From the human T2T-CHM13v2.0 reference genome, Homo sapiens, in the NCBI RefSeq assembly GCF_009914755.1, contig NC_060925.1: DNA of 64,000 nt. The stretch is one strand, 5' to 3'. A program made the translations under genes and the position numbers. The notes beneath the pieces were generated by a model. The model did not search any database. It worked only from the letters and a program-made list of their open reading frames with translations, and was not told where the DNA came from. Shown here piece by piece: positions 62,430 through 64,000 of the stretch (the first letter of the stretch is position 1; each line of letters starts with the position of its first letter).

Positions 62430-64000
62430 CCCGTGGAGAAAGGCAGATGTGGAGCTGCCAGTCACTCCTTGTCACAGGACCCATGTGGGTGTCAGGAGAC
62501 AGATCCTTTCATTCCCAGGCCCTGTCTCACAGCTGGAGGCAGAGCCCAGGCCAGGATAAAAGGGCTCGTGGCCAGAGCACCCCATCCATTCACCTCCTGA
62601 GGTGCTGAAGGACCCTGTGCTGCCTGTGACCTCGGTAAGCGTCCACTGGGAAAAGGAGCAGGGGTTCCACAGAGGGATGCCCAGACCAGGGCAGGAGGGA
62701 AGGCTGGGCAGGGCTTTGTTGGGGAGGGGTAGCTGGATTAGAAGAGGTGGAGAATGTCTAGAAATTCTGATGGAGTTCAAGCTGTGGGGCAGGAGAGATG
62801 GGAAGCACCTGGATGATTTGTATGTCTATGCTTCATGCTCTAATCCAAATTAGTTCTGTATTTTTTTTAGTGTCTCCCATTCCAGATAAGTTAAAACAAA
62901 CTTTCCTTTCAGAGAGTAGATCTTAGCAACTCAACTGTGTCTCTTCCCCGAAGCCTGTACTGGGATTATAGTGGTTCTTAAATAATGGAGACCGGAGACC
63001 AGAGGAAGCATATTTGGAGCTTGATAAACACAGAGATACATGGCCCTTACACCTTCATCAGGAGTGAGTTAGTCATGAGTGGTGCCTGGGCATCTGTATA
63101 TCAGAAGCTCCAGTGTTGAACAGCAAGTAACAAGTTGAAATTTATGGTTGCCAGGGTGGCAGATAGAGGAGTCTGTGGGTTCTAAGAGGGAGCTTCACTA
63201 GGCATGGATTCACCAGACCGGGAAATCTAGGGTCACGTGTCAGCTTGCTACAATTAGCTTTAGACCTCATTTCTCCATTTATAATATGATTTGGGATAGC
63301 CAGCTCATATGATGACCCTTTGCAATTCTGACTATAATATATTGTGTGTTTGTGTCAACCAAATACAGCCATCTGGGAAGCTCCTACAAAAGGGAATCTT
63401 TATTTTTATTTTATTATTTTATTTCATTTATTTTTGAGACAAAGTGTCATTCTATTGCCCAGACTGCAGTGCAGTGGTATGACCTTGGCTCCCTGCAGCA
63501 TTGGCCTCCTGGGCTCAAACGATCCTCCAGCCTCAGCCTCCTAAGTAGTTGGGACTACAGGTGCGTGCCACCATACCCAGCTAATTTTTTTTTAGAGATA
63601 GGGTCTTCTTGCTTATTTTTTAAAAAGCAGAACTGCAGGTTTAAACTGGCTCCTAGATTGGACATTTTCAGAATTCTAAGTGGTGCAGAAGGGTAGACTT
63701 CAGTCAGATTCTGTGAATGTCAGATTGCCTTTTCCACTTAAAGGACATTAATTTTGGGCAAGTTTGTTAATACAGATGTCCTCATTATATTGCTGGGTTA
63801 AAATAAGATAGTCTATTTCTATTTTATAAAAACATCCTGATGATCCTATAACACATTGTGAAAGCATCTGACAAACAATTTTAGAGATAATTTCTCTCTG
63901 ACTTATTTGAACAGGTTTTAAAAATGTAGCAAAAATAAATGATGGTAAAAAGGCAATAAGGGTGGCCTCTGTGCCTGGCTGTAACTTGCTGTTTGACTCT
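62430..64000 (+). other. LCE1A: 5' part of the next LCE1 gene (promoter, non-coding exon 1 ~62587-62634, intron 1); coding exon lies just beyond the window
   Basis: GATAAAA at 62555-62561; donor TCG|GTAAGC at 62635. The window ends in ggtggcctct...aacttgctgtttgactct, the sequence found just before the acceptor in all five paralogs. Name inferred from order only. Confidence 0.82.
63405..63610 (-). mobile_element. Partial AluJ in LCE1A intron 1
   Basis: gagacaaagtgtc...gcagtggt...cctcctgggctcaaacgatcctccagcctcagcctcc. Confidence 0.85.

Overview
Human-like (Alu/L1PA/THE1-containing) genomic DNA from the epidermal differentiation complex (1q21.3): the late cornified envelope group 1 cluster. Five complete two-exon LCE1 genes are present (LCE1F +, LCE1E +, LCE1D +, LCE1C -, LCE1B +), each with a short non-coding exon 1, a ~1 kb intron and a single coding exon. 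The promoter, exon 1 and almost all of intron 1 of a sixth gene (LCE1A by position) lie at the window end. Gene names come from recalled protein sequences and cluster order. The rest is mostly transposon-derived. I see no wholly new biological system. The most notable observations are: (1) LCE1D carries a TGA>GGA stop-loss adding GSGP; (2) two orphan pieces of lost LCE1 genes, a promoter cut just after its TATA at ~38.9 kb and an LCE1C-type 3' flank at ~55.2 kb; (3) a p53/p63-type element and an E-box in every promoter, decayed to different degrees; (4) a 221-bp perfect-identity tract shared by LCE1E and LCE1D, a likely conversion/NAHR substrate; (5) a non-coding AP-1/forkhead module present in four copies. 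All alignments and identity estimates were done by eye.
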